Assembly: GCA_965203685.1 (NCBI GenBank)
Contig: OZ241908.1
Location: 2,848,940 to 2,912,939 of the forward strand
Reading direction: 5' to 3'
DNA from: Candidatus Azotimanducaceae bacterium
Lineage (GTDB): Bacteria > Pseudomonadota > Gammaproteobacteria > Pseudomonadales > Azotimanducaceae
DNA: 64,000 nt
In this document: positions 9,763 through 18,887 of the stretch, piece after piece
Layout: every line of letters begins with the position of its first letter
How positions within the stretch are numbered: the first letter of the stretch is position 1
The notes under the pieces: model-generated
The model's database searches: none
What the model saw: the letters and a program-made list of their open reading frames with translations, nothing else
What the model was told of the DNA's origin: nothing
Made by a program: the position numbers and the translations under genes

Positions 9763-9925
9763 CGGGTCAGCTTAGCATCGCGCCGAGCGTGCGCGCAGCC
9801 GCCGAGGGCAGCGCCTGCCGGCTCGTCCTCGTCCGGAACGAACTACTCGGAGGCGAGTTCGGCTTCCATCGCGGCACGGCTTCGGTGTAGTTTCTGCTGG
9901 CCCCCGAACGCGAGCGAGCGCAACC

Positions 9926-10975
9926 TTGAACAATCCCGTTGGCGTCGGTCTGCGCAAGTCATGCGCGACCGCGGCGCTCTTGAGCCTCTTGGCCTGCTTC
10001 CCGGCGAGCACGGCGGAGGTGGAAGGCCCCAAGCTCAAGTGGAACATCTCTCTCTGGGGCAAGCCGCGCGCCGGAACGGTGATCGCCGATGCCTTGGCGG
10101 ATGCCGTGTCCACCAAGACCGGGGGCAACTGGACGTTGTCTCTCGACTACGGGGAAGCCCTCTCCAAGGCACGCGAGAACCTGGACGGGCTAGCCATCGG
10201 TGCGTTCGAGGTGGCGATGTTCTGCAACTTCTACCACCCCCGCAAGAACCCGGCGTTGATGGCGCTGACGCTGCCGTTCCTACCCATGGCCAGTTGGGAG
10301 GACAACCGCCGAATCCGCGAAGCGGTGTACGCCCACCCTGCGGTCGTGCGCGAACTGGCGCGGTGGAACGCCATCGTCTACACGTCGTCCTTCCTACCCC
10401 AGTACGAGTTCGTCGGCCGTGGGCAGCCACCCCTCGACCTAGCCGACTGGCGGGGCATGACGGTGCGGGCTGGCGGTGGTCTCGGCCAGGCCATGCAGCG
10501 CCTCGGCGCCACCCCAGCGAGTTCGACCGCGACAGAGGTCTACACCGGGGTGCAGCAAGGCACCATGGACGCTGCGGCCTTCCCGTTCACCTATAGCCAT
10601 GTCTCCTACCGGCTCCACGAAGTCGCGGACTGGTTCACCGGCAACCTGTCGCCGGGCACCGCGGACTGCCCGTTGGCCTTCTCGCGGACCGCCTATGAAG
10701 GTCTCCCCGCCCAGTACCGGCAACTCCTGGACGACGTGAAGGAAGACGTGATCGCGGCGCAAATCCAAGCCTACGTCGATGTTGACCGGGTAAACCTGCC
10801 TATGCTCAAGGAAACACTGGTTGAAGTCCGTTACACGGACGCCCAATTGGCCGACTTCCGTGCCCGGGCCGGCAAGCCCGTCATCGACGACTGGATCGCC
10901 GACAACCAAGACCGTTTCGACGCGCGCGGCTTGGTGGATGCCATCTACGCCGCCGTCGGCAAGACCTACGACTGA
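9926..10975 (+). CDS. TRAP transporter substrate-binding protein (DctP family)
   Basis: Signal peptide and DctP-like sequence; TTG start. It is followed by the small and large TRAP permeases. Confidence 0.85.
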   Translation: MNNPVGVGLRKSCATAALLSLLACFPASTAEVEGPKLKWNISLWGKPRAGTVIADALADAVSTKTGGNWTLSLDYGEALSKARENLDGLAIGAFEVAMFCNFYHPRKNPALMALTLPFLPMASWEDNRRIREAVYAHPAVVRELARWNAIVYTSSFLPQYEFVGRGQPPLDLADWRGMTVRAGGGLGQAMQRLGATPASSTATEVYTGVQQGTMDAAAFPFTYSHVSYRLHEVADWFTGNLSPGTADCPLAFSRTAYEGLPAQYRQLLDDVKEDVIAAQIQAYVDVDRVNLPMLKETLVEVRYTDAQLADFRARAGKPVIDDWIADNQDRFDARGLVDAIYAAVGKTYD

Positions 10976-10983
10976 GCCCGCCC

Positions 10984-11595
10984 TTGCAGGACCGATTCGG
11001 CCGCGTTCTCGAGTCGTGCGACCGCGCGCTCGGCGTGGTCGAGAACGGGCTGAACCTCGTTGCCGGCGCATTGATCTTCCTCCTCATGCTGCTCGGCGTT
11101 GCGCAGATCCTGATGCGCACCGTGTTCGCCGCACCGATCTTCGGCTACATCGACATCGTGGAAGTGTCCATGGTCGGCTTCGCAGTGCTGTCCATCGCGT
11201 TCGTCCAGCGCGTCGGCGGGCACGTGCGCATGGAGTTGCTGATTTCCAGACTGGAAGGACGGTGGCTGTGGGGCGCGGAGTTGACGAGTGCCGCGCTCGC
11301 CGCCTTCATCGTCGCGGTGCTGATCCCGTATTCGTACCAGCACTTCGAGCGCGCGTTCGAGTTCGGCGATAGCACGATCGACATCGAACTCGCCACCTGG
11401 CCGGCGAAACTCGCCGTGCCGATGGCCTTGAGCGTCTTGCTGTTGCGCCTCGGTGTGCAGATCGCAGGCTACCTGCGGCTTGCCCTGCGCCCGGACCTGA
11501 CCCCGGTCGCCGTACCGGTCATCAAGGACGCCGCCGCCCTGGCCGCGGAGGAGATCTCGCTCGCAAGCGGCGGTCAATCGGACGCCTCCCGATGA
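10984..11595 (+). CDS. TRAP transporter small permease (DctQ family)
   Basis: About 4 TM helices. It sits between the DctP-like and DctM-like genes and is ATGA-coupled to the downstream gene. Confidence 0.8.
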   Translation: MQDRFGRVLESCDRALGVVENGLNLVAGALIFLLMLLGVAQILMRTVFAAPIFGYIDIVEVSMVGFAVLSIAFVQRVGGHVRMELLISRLEGRWLWGAELTSAALAAFIVAVLIPYSYQHFERAFEFGDSTIDIELATWPAKLAVPMALSVLLLRLGVQIAGYLRLALRPDLTPVAVPVIKDAAALAAEEISLASGGQSDASR

Positions 11596-12950
11596 CCGGC
11601 ACGGACGAGTTCTGGATCGGCATCGGCGGCGTGGTGATGCTGGTCACCCTGGTCGCTCTCGGCGTGCGGGTTTACATCGCCGCCGCGCTGACCGGTTTCC
11701 TTGGACTCGTCCTACTTAAGGGATGGGGTGTTGCGGCCGCAGTGGCGGGCACCATCCCGCATTCCAAGACGGTCACCTACCCGCTGTCCGTTCTGCCGCT
11801 GTTCATCCTGATCGGCTTTCTCGCGTTTCATGCTGGTCTCACGGGTCGCCTCTTCGAAGCCGCCCGGCGCTGGGTTGGCTGGGTGCCCGGTGGCCTCGCG
11901 GTGTCCACCGTATTCGCGAGTGCCGGCTTCGCCGCAGTGTCCGGCGCGTCCACGGCCACCGCGGCGGTGTTTTCGCGGGTGGCCATCCCCGACATGCTGA
12001 AGAACCGCTACGGCAAGCGCCTGACCGCCGGTGTCATCGCGGCCGGCGGAACCCTGGCATCGCTGATCCCGCCATCCGCGATCCTGGTGATCTACGCGAT
12101 CATCGTCGAAGAGTCGGTCGGCAAGCTGTTGCTCGCCGGTTTGCTTCCCGGCGTGGTTTCCGTGCTGATCTACGCGGGTTTGATCATCGCCATGTGCGCG
12201 CTCCGCCCCGGCCTTGGACAGCCGATCAGCGGGTTTAGCTGGCGCGAGCGCGTGGCCAGCGTGCCCGGCGCACTACCGATCTTCCTGGTCGTCGGCATCA
12301 TCTTCGGCGCGCTCTATTCAGGGGCCGCCACACCGACCGAAGCCGGCGCGCTGGGGGCCATGGTGGTGTTCGGCCTGTACGTCTTCCAAGCCTATCGGCA
12401 ACGGGCATTCGGGGAGATGCGGGGTCGGCTGCGCGAGGCGCTGATGGAGACGGCGAAGCTCACCGTGATGATCTTCACGCTGGTCTGGGGCGTATTCCTG
12501 TTCGTGCGCTTTCTCGGCTTTGCCGGCCTGCCCGGCGCATTCGCGGATTGGGTCGTCGATCTGGACGTGCCCCCGCTCCTCATCATCGTGTGCATCCTGC
12601 TCGCCTATGCCGTGCTCGGCATGTTCATGGACGCCATCGGGATGCTAGTACTCACCTTGCCGGTGGTCTATCCCGCCGTCGTTGCGCTCGGCTACGACCC
12701 GATCTGGTTCGGCATCGTCGTGGTGAAGATGGCGGAGATCTGCTTGATCACGCCGCCCATCGGACTGAACTGCTTCGTGGTGGCCGGGGTCGCGCGCGAA
12801 CTGCGCGGCGCCGAAGGCCAGTCGCTTGCGATACCCTTGCAGGACGTGTTTCGCGGCATCGGACCGTTCTTCGTGGCCGACGTATTGACCGTGGCGGTCC
12901 TCCTCGCAGTGCCGGAGGTGGTGCTTTGGCTACCTAGGACGATGGGTTGA
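11592..12950 (+). CDS. TRAP transporter large permease (DctM family)
   Basis: 452-aa polytopic membrane protein with DctM-like sequence. Confidence 0.9.
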   Translation: MTGTDEFWIGIGGVVMLVTLVALGVRVYIAAALTGFLGLVLLKGWGVAAAVAGTIPHSKTVTYPLSVLPLFILIGFLAFHAGLTGRLFEAARRWVGWVPGGLAVSTVFASAGFAAVSGASTATAAVFSRVAIPDMLKNRYGKRLTAGVIAAGGTLASLIPPSAILVIYAIIVEESVGKLLLAGLLPGVVSVLIYAGLIIAMCALRPGLGQPISGFSWRERVASVPGALPIFLVVGIIFGALYSGAATPTEAGALGAMVVFGLYVFQAYRQRAFGEMRGRLREALMETAKLTVMIFTLVWGVFLFVRFLGFAGLPGAFADWVVDLDVPPLLIIVCILLAYAVLGMFMDAIGMLVLTLPVVYPAVVALGYDPIWFGIVVVKMAEICLITPPIGLNCFVVAGVARELRGAEGQSLAIPLQDVFRGIGPFFVADVLTVAVLLAVPEVVLWLPRTMG

Positions 12951-12962
12951 GCGCGAACGCGC

Positions 12963-13415
12963 TTAAGAGAACCTGAACCGCGTGGCGTCCTGGAACAGCA
13001 GCGTCCACGCCAATGCGCTGTGCGGCTTGAACCGGCAGATCTCGACACCGTAGTCGGCGGCCGATTGCGCGGCCGCCTCGTATTTCGCGTTCGCCTGTGC
13101 CGCCAGTGACGAAGCCAGGTGCGCGTCAGGCGTGACCCGGGAAACCGCTCCCTCCAGGATCACCGCGCTGTCCGCCTCCTGGAGCGTCACGGACGCCCGC
13201 TCATTCACCGCGAGGTTGCGCCGCCAGCGCGTGGCCGGATCACCATCGAAATAGAGCGCGGCGTCCACCCACATGCCGTCGACTGGGCGCATGATCGGCG
13301 CACCGTCGATGCTGGCCGTGGCCAGCCAGTAGTGGCGCGCTCGGGCGAGCCGGGCCTCCACGGTCGACCACGCGAGCAAAGGTGAGTTGGGGGGTAGGCC
13401 ATAGGCGTCGGGCAA
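12963..13415 (-). CDS. Pyridoxamine 5'-phosphate oxidase-like FMN-binding protein
   Basis: Split-barrel family pattern YWLATASIDGAPIMRPVDGMWVDAALYFDGDPATRWRRNL. I prefer the TTG start at 13415. The alternatives, ATG 13478 and the track start 13607, would translate through a REP palindrome. Confidence 0.7.
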   Translation of the reverse strand: MPDAYGLPPNSPLLAWSTVEARLARARHYWLATASIDGAPIMRPVDGMWVDAALYFDGDPATRWRRNLAVNERASVTLQEADSAVILEGAVSRVTPDAHLASSLAAQANAKYEAAAQSAADYGVEICRFKPHSALAWTLLFQDATRFRFS

Positions 13416-13438
13416 GCGCGCTCGTGTCCTGGCAACGC

Positions 13439-13470
13439 GGGGAGCGCGAGGGGCTTGCCCCTCGCATGAA
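13439..13470. repeat. REP-like palindromic element, copy 1
   Basis: The sequence is GGGGAGCGCGAGGGGCTTGCCCCTCGCATGAA. The perfect palindrome GCGAGGGGC-TT-GCCCCTCGC lies at 13446-13465. The copy sits in a divergent intergenic region. Confidence 0.8.
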
Positions 13471-13618
13471 TCGGGCATATGGCGACCGAAATGCGGAAAG
13501 CGTTCGAGCTTAGCCCAATGCCGTTCGCCGAGCGCGCACGCGCTCACAGAGCGCGCGTACGCTTGACGCTCCCGTTGCCGTACACTTGCGGCAAACGAAA
13601 AGCGCATGGAGGGGAGAG

Positions 13619-14590
13619 TTGGTGGATCAGCCTAGCGACGAGGTCCTGCTCGACATACATCGGCGCATGGTCCGCATCCGGGTTTTCGAAACCGAAGCGG
13701 GTCGCATGGCCGAAGCCGGCAAGATACCCGGCGCGCTGCACCTGTATGTCGGCGAAGAGGCCGTGGCCGCCGGTGTCATGACGCACTTGAGCGACGATGA
13801 CTGGATCACCAGTACGCATCGCGGACACGGTCACCTGATCGCCAAGGGCGGCGAGTTCGACAGGATGTTCGCGGAACTCTTCGGACGCGCGACCGGGTAC
13901 TGCCGCGGCAAGGGCGGCAGCATGCATATCTCGAACATGGACCTCGGCATGCTCGGGGCCAACGGCATCGTCGGTGCCGGGCCGCCGATCGCCGTCGGGG
14001 CCGCGTTTTCCACCAGGTTCCGCAAGACGGATCGCGTAGCGGTGTCATTCTTCGGGGATGGCGCGAGCAACGAGGGCTCGTTTCACGAGGCCGCCAACAT
14101 GGCCGCCCTCTACAAGCTGCCCGCGATCTTCGTCTGCGAGAACAACGGCTACGGCGAGTACACCCCGCAGGCGAACCACCAAGCGATCGTCGACGTCGCG
14201 GACCGCGCGTCGGGCTACGGCATGCCGGGCGTCATCGTCGACGGCATGGACGCGGTCGCCGTCTACGAGGCGGCAGGCGCCGCCATCGAGCGCGCGCGTT
14301 CCGGTGAAGGTCCGACCTTGCTCGAGTGCAAGACCTACCGGTTCTTCGACCACGTGGGGGTGCGCGGCATGGGCCTGTCCTACCGCACGGATGAAGAACT
14401 CGAGGAGTGGCAGAAGCGCGACCCGATCCACATGTTCGAGGCCCGTCTCGACGAACTCGGCGTGCTCAGTCGCGACGACGCGGCGAAGATCCACGAGAAT
14501 GTGCTCGAGGAGGTTAGGGCCGGCATCGAGTTTGCCGAGTCCAGTCCCCTGCCCGACCCCGACACCTTGCTCGACGACGTCTACGCCTAG
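13619..14590 (+). CDS. acoA: TPP-dependent 2-oxoacid/acetoin dehydrogenase E1 alpha subunit
   Basis: TPP motif FFGDGASNEGSFHEAANMAALYKLPAIFVCENNGYG. The start is TTG 13619 or GTG 13622, behind GGAGGGGAG. The track ORF starts at 13586. Confidence 0.85.
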   Translation: MVDQPSDEVLLDIHRRMVRIRVFETEAGRMAEAGKIPGALHLYVGEEAVAAGVMTHLSDDDWITSTHRGHGHLIAKGGEFDRMFAELFGRATGYCRGKGGSMHISNMDLGMLGANGIVGAGPPIAVGAAFSTRFRKTDRVAVSFFGDGASNEGSFHEAANMAALYKLPAIFVCENNGYGEYTPQANHQAIVDVADRASGYGMPGVIVDGMDAVAVYEAAGAAIERARSGEGPTLLECKTYRFFDHVGVRGMGLSYRTDEELEEWQKRDPIHMFEARLDELGVLSRDDAAKIHENVLEEVRAGIEFAESSPLPDPDTLLDDVYA

Positions 14591-14621
14591 CGTAGTCGCG
14601 TCCACGCGTTAAGGAGAGATC

Positions 14622-15614
14622 ATGGCCGAAGCGGCACAACGCGAAATCACCTATGTCGGCGCCATCGCCGAGGCGGCGCGGACCATCCTCAACGAGCAGG
14701 ACGGCGCGTTCATCGCGGGCGAAGACGTCGCTGGCGCGGGCGGCGTCTTCGGCTCGTACCGCGGTCTTCTCGACGAGTTCGGGTCGGAGCGCATCGTAGA
14801 CACCCCGATTTCGGAAGAAGGCATCGTCGGGCTCGGCGTCGGTGCAGCGGCGACCGGCCTGCGGCCGATCATCGACATCATGTTCATGGACTTCATGGGC
14901 GAATGCATGGACGAGATCGCCAACCAGATGGCCAAGATGCGCTACATGTTCGGCGGCTCCGCGAAGTTGCCAATCACGATCGTGACGATGTCCGGGGCTG
15001 GCATGAACATGGCCGCGCAGCACTCGCAAAGCCTCGAGGTGTGGCTTTGCCACCTGCCGGGGCTCAAGGTCGTGACGCCCGCCACGCCGTACGACGCCAA
15101 GGGCTTGCTGATCGCGGCAGCCCGCGACGACAACCCCGTGTTCGTGGTGATGAACAAGCTGTCGCTACGCAACCAGGGACCGGTCCCGGAGGAGGCCTAC
15201 GAGGTGCCGATCGGTGCCGCGGAAGTCGTTCGCCCCGGCGGCGACCTGACCTTCGTCAGCTACAGCCGGATGGTCAGCGAAGCGGTCAAGGCTGCCGAGG
15301 CCTTGAGCGGCGATGGCATCGAAGCCGAAGTGATCGATCTCAAATCCCTGCAGCCGATGGACACGGACACGGTGATCGAGTCGGTGCAGAAGACCCACCG
15401 CGCGGTGGTCGTCCACGAAGCTGTACGGTTTGCCGGCCTCGGGGGCGAGATCGCGGCGCAGATCCAGGAACTGGCGTTCGACGACCTTGACGCGCCCGTG
15501 GCGCGGGTCGGCGCACCGTTTTCACCCGTGCCCTTCAGTTCCGTGCTGGAACAGACCTACCTCCCGAATGCCGACAAGATCGCCGCCGAAGCGCGGCAAC
15601 TGCTCGGCATGTGA
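14622..15614 (+). CDS. acoB: 2-oxoacid/acetoin dehydrogenase E1 beta subunit
   Basis: Transketolase-like pyrimidine-binding and C-terminal domains, with AAGGAG upstream of the ATG. Confidence 0.9.
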   Translation: MAEAAQREITYVGAIAEAARTILNEQDGAFIAGEDVAGAGGVFGSYRGLLDEFGSERIVDTPISEEGIVGLGVGAAATGLRPIIDIMFMDFMGECMDEIANQMAKMRYMFGGSAKLPITIVTMSGAGMNMAAQHSQSLEVWLCHLPGLKVVTPATPYDAKGLLIAAARDDNPVFVVMNKLSLRNQGPVPEEAYEVPIGAAEVVRPGGDLTFVSYSRMVSEAVKAAEALSGDGIEAEVIDLKSLQPMDTDTVIESVQKTHRAVVVHEAVRFAGLGGEIAAQIQELAFDDLDAPVARVGAPFSPVPFSSVLEQTYLPNADKIAAEARQLLGM

Positions 15615-16592
15615 ATGACGCCTCGCTGCGTCGGCCTGGTCGCCAACCCGGCATCCGGCAAGGATGTCCGGCGCGTGACTGCTCGCGCGTCGGTGTTCGA
15701 CAACCAAGAGAAGTCCGCGATGGTGCGCCGCTGCCTGGTCGGCATTCGCGCATTCTCCTCGGCACCAATCCGCTACATGCCGGATCCGCACCACGTCGCG
15801 CGGCGCGCCGTGGACGAACTCAAGATGGACGCGCAGGCGCTCGACATCGAAATCGATGCGAACGTCGGCGATACCGTCCGCGCCGCACGCGCGTTGCGCG
15901 GGGCTGCGGCCGTGATCGTCCTCGGTGGGGACGGCACCAACCGGGCGTTTGCCAAGGGCTGGCTCGACGCGCCGCTCATCGCCCTGTCTACCGGCACCAA
16001 CAATGCGTTCCCGACCATGCAGGAAGCGACAACCGCGGGCGCTGCAGCCGGCGTGCTCGCGACCGGAGATTTGCCACTTGCGGGCGTTGCCCACCAGGCC
16101 AAGGCGATTCACATCGACATTGACGGGGAGAACTCCGATCTCGCGCTGATCGATGCCGTCTTCACGCGTGATCGGTTCGTCGGCGCACGCGCGCTAGACG
16201 ACCCATCGCGCATCAAAGCGGCGCTGTTGACCCGCGCCGATCCCGCTGGCGTTGGCATGACCTCGGTGGGCGGCTTTGCCCGTCCGATGAGCGCCGCCGA
16301 AGACACCGCGCTGTCGCTCGAGTTCGATGCCAGCGGGCCGAATGGCGTTTACGCTGCCTTAGCGCCCGGGCGCTTCGAGCGCATCGGCATCTCGGAGTTG
16401 CGGGTCGTAGGCTTCGAGGACGCCATCCGCTGGACCGGCCCCGGTGTGCTCGCCTTCGACGGCGAAAGGGAGCGTACCCTCAAGCCTGGCCAGACGGCGA
16501 CGCTGCGGGCCGTCCGCGACGGCCCGTGGGTCGTCGACGTGGCGAAGGTCCTTGGTTTCGCGGTCTGCCGCCGGGGTTTTGTGAGCAACTAG
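15615..16592 (+). CDS. acoX: AcoX-like ATP-NAD kinase family protein
   Basis: GGDGT motif (VLGGDGTN). It sits inside the E1/E2 cluster, and its ATG directly follows the acoB stop. Confidence 0.7.
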   Translation: MTPRCVGLVANPASGKDVRRVTARASVFDNQEKSAMVRRCLVGIRAFSSAPIRYMPDPHHVARRAVDELKMDAQALDIEIDANVGDTVRAARALRGAAAVIVLGGDGTNRAFAKGWLDAPLIALSTGTNNAFPTMQEATTAGAAAGVLATGDLPLAGVAHQAKAIHIDIDGENSDLALIDAVFTRDRFVGARALDDPSRIKAALLTRADPAGVGMTSVGGFARPMSAAEDTALSLEFDASGPNGVYAALAPGRFERIGISELRVVGFEDAIRWTGPGVLAFDGERERTLKPGQTATLRAVRDGPWVVDVAKVLGFAVCRRGFVSN

Positions 16593-16600
16593 GAGAAGAC

Positions 16601-17800
16601 ATGCCTGCCGAGATCTACCTGGTCAAAGTCGGAATGACCATGCACGAAGGGACCGTGGAAGAGTGGTACGTGGCCGACGGCGAGCGGGTCGAGGCCGGTG
16701 CCCTGCTCTACCGGCTCGAGACGGAGAAGGTCAATCTCGATGTGGATGCCGAGACCACGGGGACCGTGAAGCACTTGGTCGCCGAGGGCACCACGCTGGA
16801 GCCGGGCGACGTGGTCGGCTACATCTACGCCGACGACGAGACCATCCCGGACGTTCTCCCCACAGCGCAGCCGAAGCGCGACATCGCAGCCCAGGACGAC
16901 ACCGCCGCGACCCCCAGGGCTGAGACCAAGCCTACCCCGGCACGGTCGGGCAAGCGCGTCGCCGCATCGCCAGTCGCCCGCAAGCTCGCGTCCGAAATGG
17001 GCATCGATCTCGCCACCGTGACCGGCACCGGGCCGCGCGGGCGGATCACCAAGGAAGACGTTCAGCAGGCGAGCGAACGGGCCGAGATCGACTCCGTGCC
17101 GGCGAGCGGGCCGACGGCGGAAGCAGTCCCCCTGCGCGGCATGCGCAAGACCATCGCCGATCGCATGTACGCAAGCCTGCGCGACACCGCCCAACTCACC
17201 ATGGACATGGAAGTGGCGATGGACGACGCCGTCAAGCTACGCCAGGGACTCATCGACGAGTGGCAGGACGAAGGCGTCCGGGCAACGTACACGGACCTGG
17301 TCATCGTCGCGGCCGCGCGGGCGCTCAAACGCCACCCGGCCATGAACGCGGCCTTGGTGGGTGACGCCATCAGCCGTTTCGGAGGCGTGCACGTGGGCCT
17401 CGCCGTCGCTTTGAAGGAAGGGCTGATCGTCCCAGTGATCAAGGACGCGGGCGTCAAACCGCTCAAGCAGATCGCGGTCGAGTCCGCCGAACTCGCACAG
17501 CGTGCCCGAGATGGTGCGCTGAGCCTGAGCGATGTCGAAGGCGGCACGTTTACGGTGACCTCCCTCGGCATGTACGGCGTCGACACGTTCACGCCGATCC
17601 TGAACACGCCCCAAGCCGGGATCCTGGGCGTGGGGCGAATCTACGATGGGTTGCGCTGGGACGACGATGCCCCGCGCAAGGCCGCCATGATGCGGCTGTC
17701 GCTCACCTGGGACCACCGCGTCCTCGACGGTGCGCCGGCGGCGGAGTTTCTCGCAACCGTGCGCGGGTACCTTGAGGCGCCCTTTAGGCTGTTGGTCTAG
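16601..17800 (+). CDS. acoC: Dihydrolipoamide acyltransferase (E2) component
   Basis: Lipoyl domain (LETEKVN), E3/E1-binding domain (SPVARKLASEMGIDL) and catalytic DHRVLDG motif. ATG 16601 lies behind AGGAG. Confidence 0.9.
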   Translation: MPAEIYLVKVGMTMHEGTVEEWYVADGERVEAGALLYRLETEKVNLDVDAETTGTVKHLVAEGTTLEPGDVVGYIYADDETIPDVLPTAQPKRDIAAQDDTAATPRAETKPTPARSGKRVAASPVARKLASEMGIDLATVTGTGPRGRITKEDVQQASERAEIDSVPASGPTAEAVPLRGMRKTIADRMYASLRDTAQLTMDMEVAMDDAVKLRQGLIDEWQDEGVRATYTDLVIVAAARALKRHPAMNAALVGDAISRFGGVHVGLAVALKEGLIVPVIKDAGVKPLKQIAVESAELAQRARDGALSLSDVEGGTFTVTSLGMYGVDTFTPILNTPQAGILGVGRIYDGLRWDDDAPRKAAMMRLSLTWDHRVLDGAPAAEFLATVRGYLEAPFRLLV

Positions 17801-17821
17801 CCGCGGGGAGGCCGAGCCGAA

Positions 17822-18136
17822 TCAGCGACCGACTACCTTGACGGTCAACCCGTCGAGTTCGTCCGTCAGTTCGATCTGGCAGGACAGGCGGCTGGTGTCC
17901 GAGACCTCGCCGTCGAACTCGAGCATGTCGCGCTCCAAGTCGCTGGGCGGGCCCACCTTGGCCATCCACTCCGGATGCACGTGGACGTGGCAGGTTGCGC
18001 AGGCGCAGCCGCCGCCGCATTCGGCATCGATGCCGTCGATGCCTTCGGCGCGGGCCAGTTCCATGACCACGTCGCCAGCATCGCCGTCGACGGCGACCAC
18101 CTCGTCGTCAAGCGTCTCGAAATAGACGGTTGGCAT
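17822..18136 (-). CDS. 2Fe-2S ferredoxin, adrenodoxin/putidaredoxin type
   Basis: Cys ligand pattern CGGGCACATCH (Cx5Cx2C) plus the distal LSCQ; 104 aa. Confidence 0.9.
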   Translation of the reverse strand: MPTVYFETLDDEVVAVDGDAGDVVMELARAEGIDGIDAECGGGCACATCHVHVHPEWMAKVGPPSDLERDMLEFDGEVSDTSRLSCQIELTDELDGLTVKVVGR

Positions 18137-18239
18137 GCCAAGCGCCCAGGCGAAAGGGCGTGCATTCTACTTTGTAGTCCGTCGCGTCGGGTACAGCCGT
18201 TCGCTATGCTTGCCGTCGTTCGGTCGTATTCGTCATCGC

Positions 18240-18887
18240 ATGGCCCGACAGAAACTGGTGAAGAGCCGCGCTGACCTGCGCCCGCCTCCCGAACTCGTCC
18301 ACGCGGTCCGCTTTCCAGCGCCGGACGCGGTCGCTCGCCACTTGGGGGAGAATCCGGATTGGGGTTGGGCCGACCACCTTTTCATCGCGGCTTGCCGCGT
18401 ACCCGGCTACGAGGGGCACGGTGGTCAGATCGTCGAGGAGGCCAAGCACCAGGATGAACGGATCGCGATCGTCGAGATGTTCGTCGAGCACGGTACGCCG
18501 CCGTCGATCACCAATAACCGCAAGGTCACCCCGTTGCACATGGCGTGCAGATTCGACCTCCCGCGCGTGGCCGAGCGGCTCGTTGCCCTCGGTGCCGCGG
18601 TGGATGCCTACGATGCGTCGCGCGAGACCCCGCTCTACCGCGCCGTGAACCTAGGCTACGCGGACTGCGTCCGCGTTCTTATCGCGGCAAAGGCGGATGT
18701 CGATTTCCAGAACCGCCGCGGCGAGACGCCCCTGCTCAGGGCAGCCCGGCGCGGCAAGAAACTGATCGTCCCACTCCTCCTGGCAGCGGGTGCCGACCCC
18801 CGTATAGCCGACCGGGCCGGCAAACAGCCCATGGACTACGCCCGGAACCCGGCGATCCAGCAGGCCTTGGCCGAGTCCCAAGCATGA
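18240..18887 (+). CDS. Ankyrin-repeat protein
   Basis: Three to four ANK units (TPLHMACRF..., TPLYRAVNLGY..., TPLLRAARRG...). There is no signal peptide. I prefer ATG 18240 over the track start 18135. Confidence 0.8.
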   Translation: MARQKLVKSRADLRPPPELVHAVRFPAPDAVARHLGENPDWGWADHLFIAACRVPGYEGHGGQIVEEAKHQDERIAIVEMFVEHGTPPSITNNRKVTPLHMACRFDLPRVAERLVALGAAVDAYDASRETPLYRAVNLGYADCVRVLIAAKADVDFQNRRGETPLLRAARRGKKLIVPLLLAAGADPRIADRAGKQPMDYARNPAIQQALAESQA

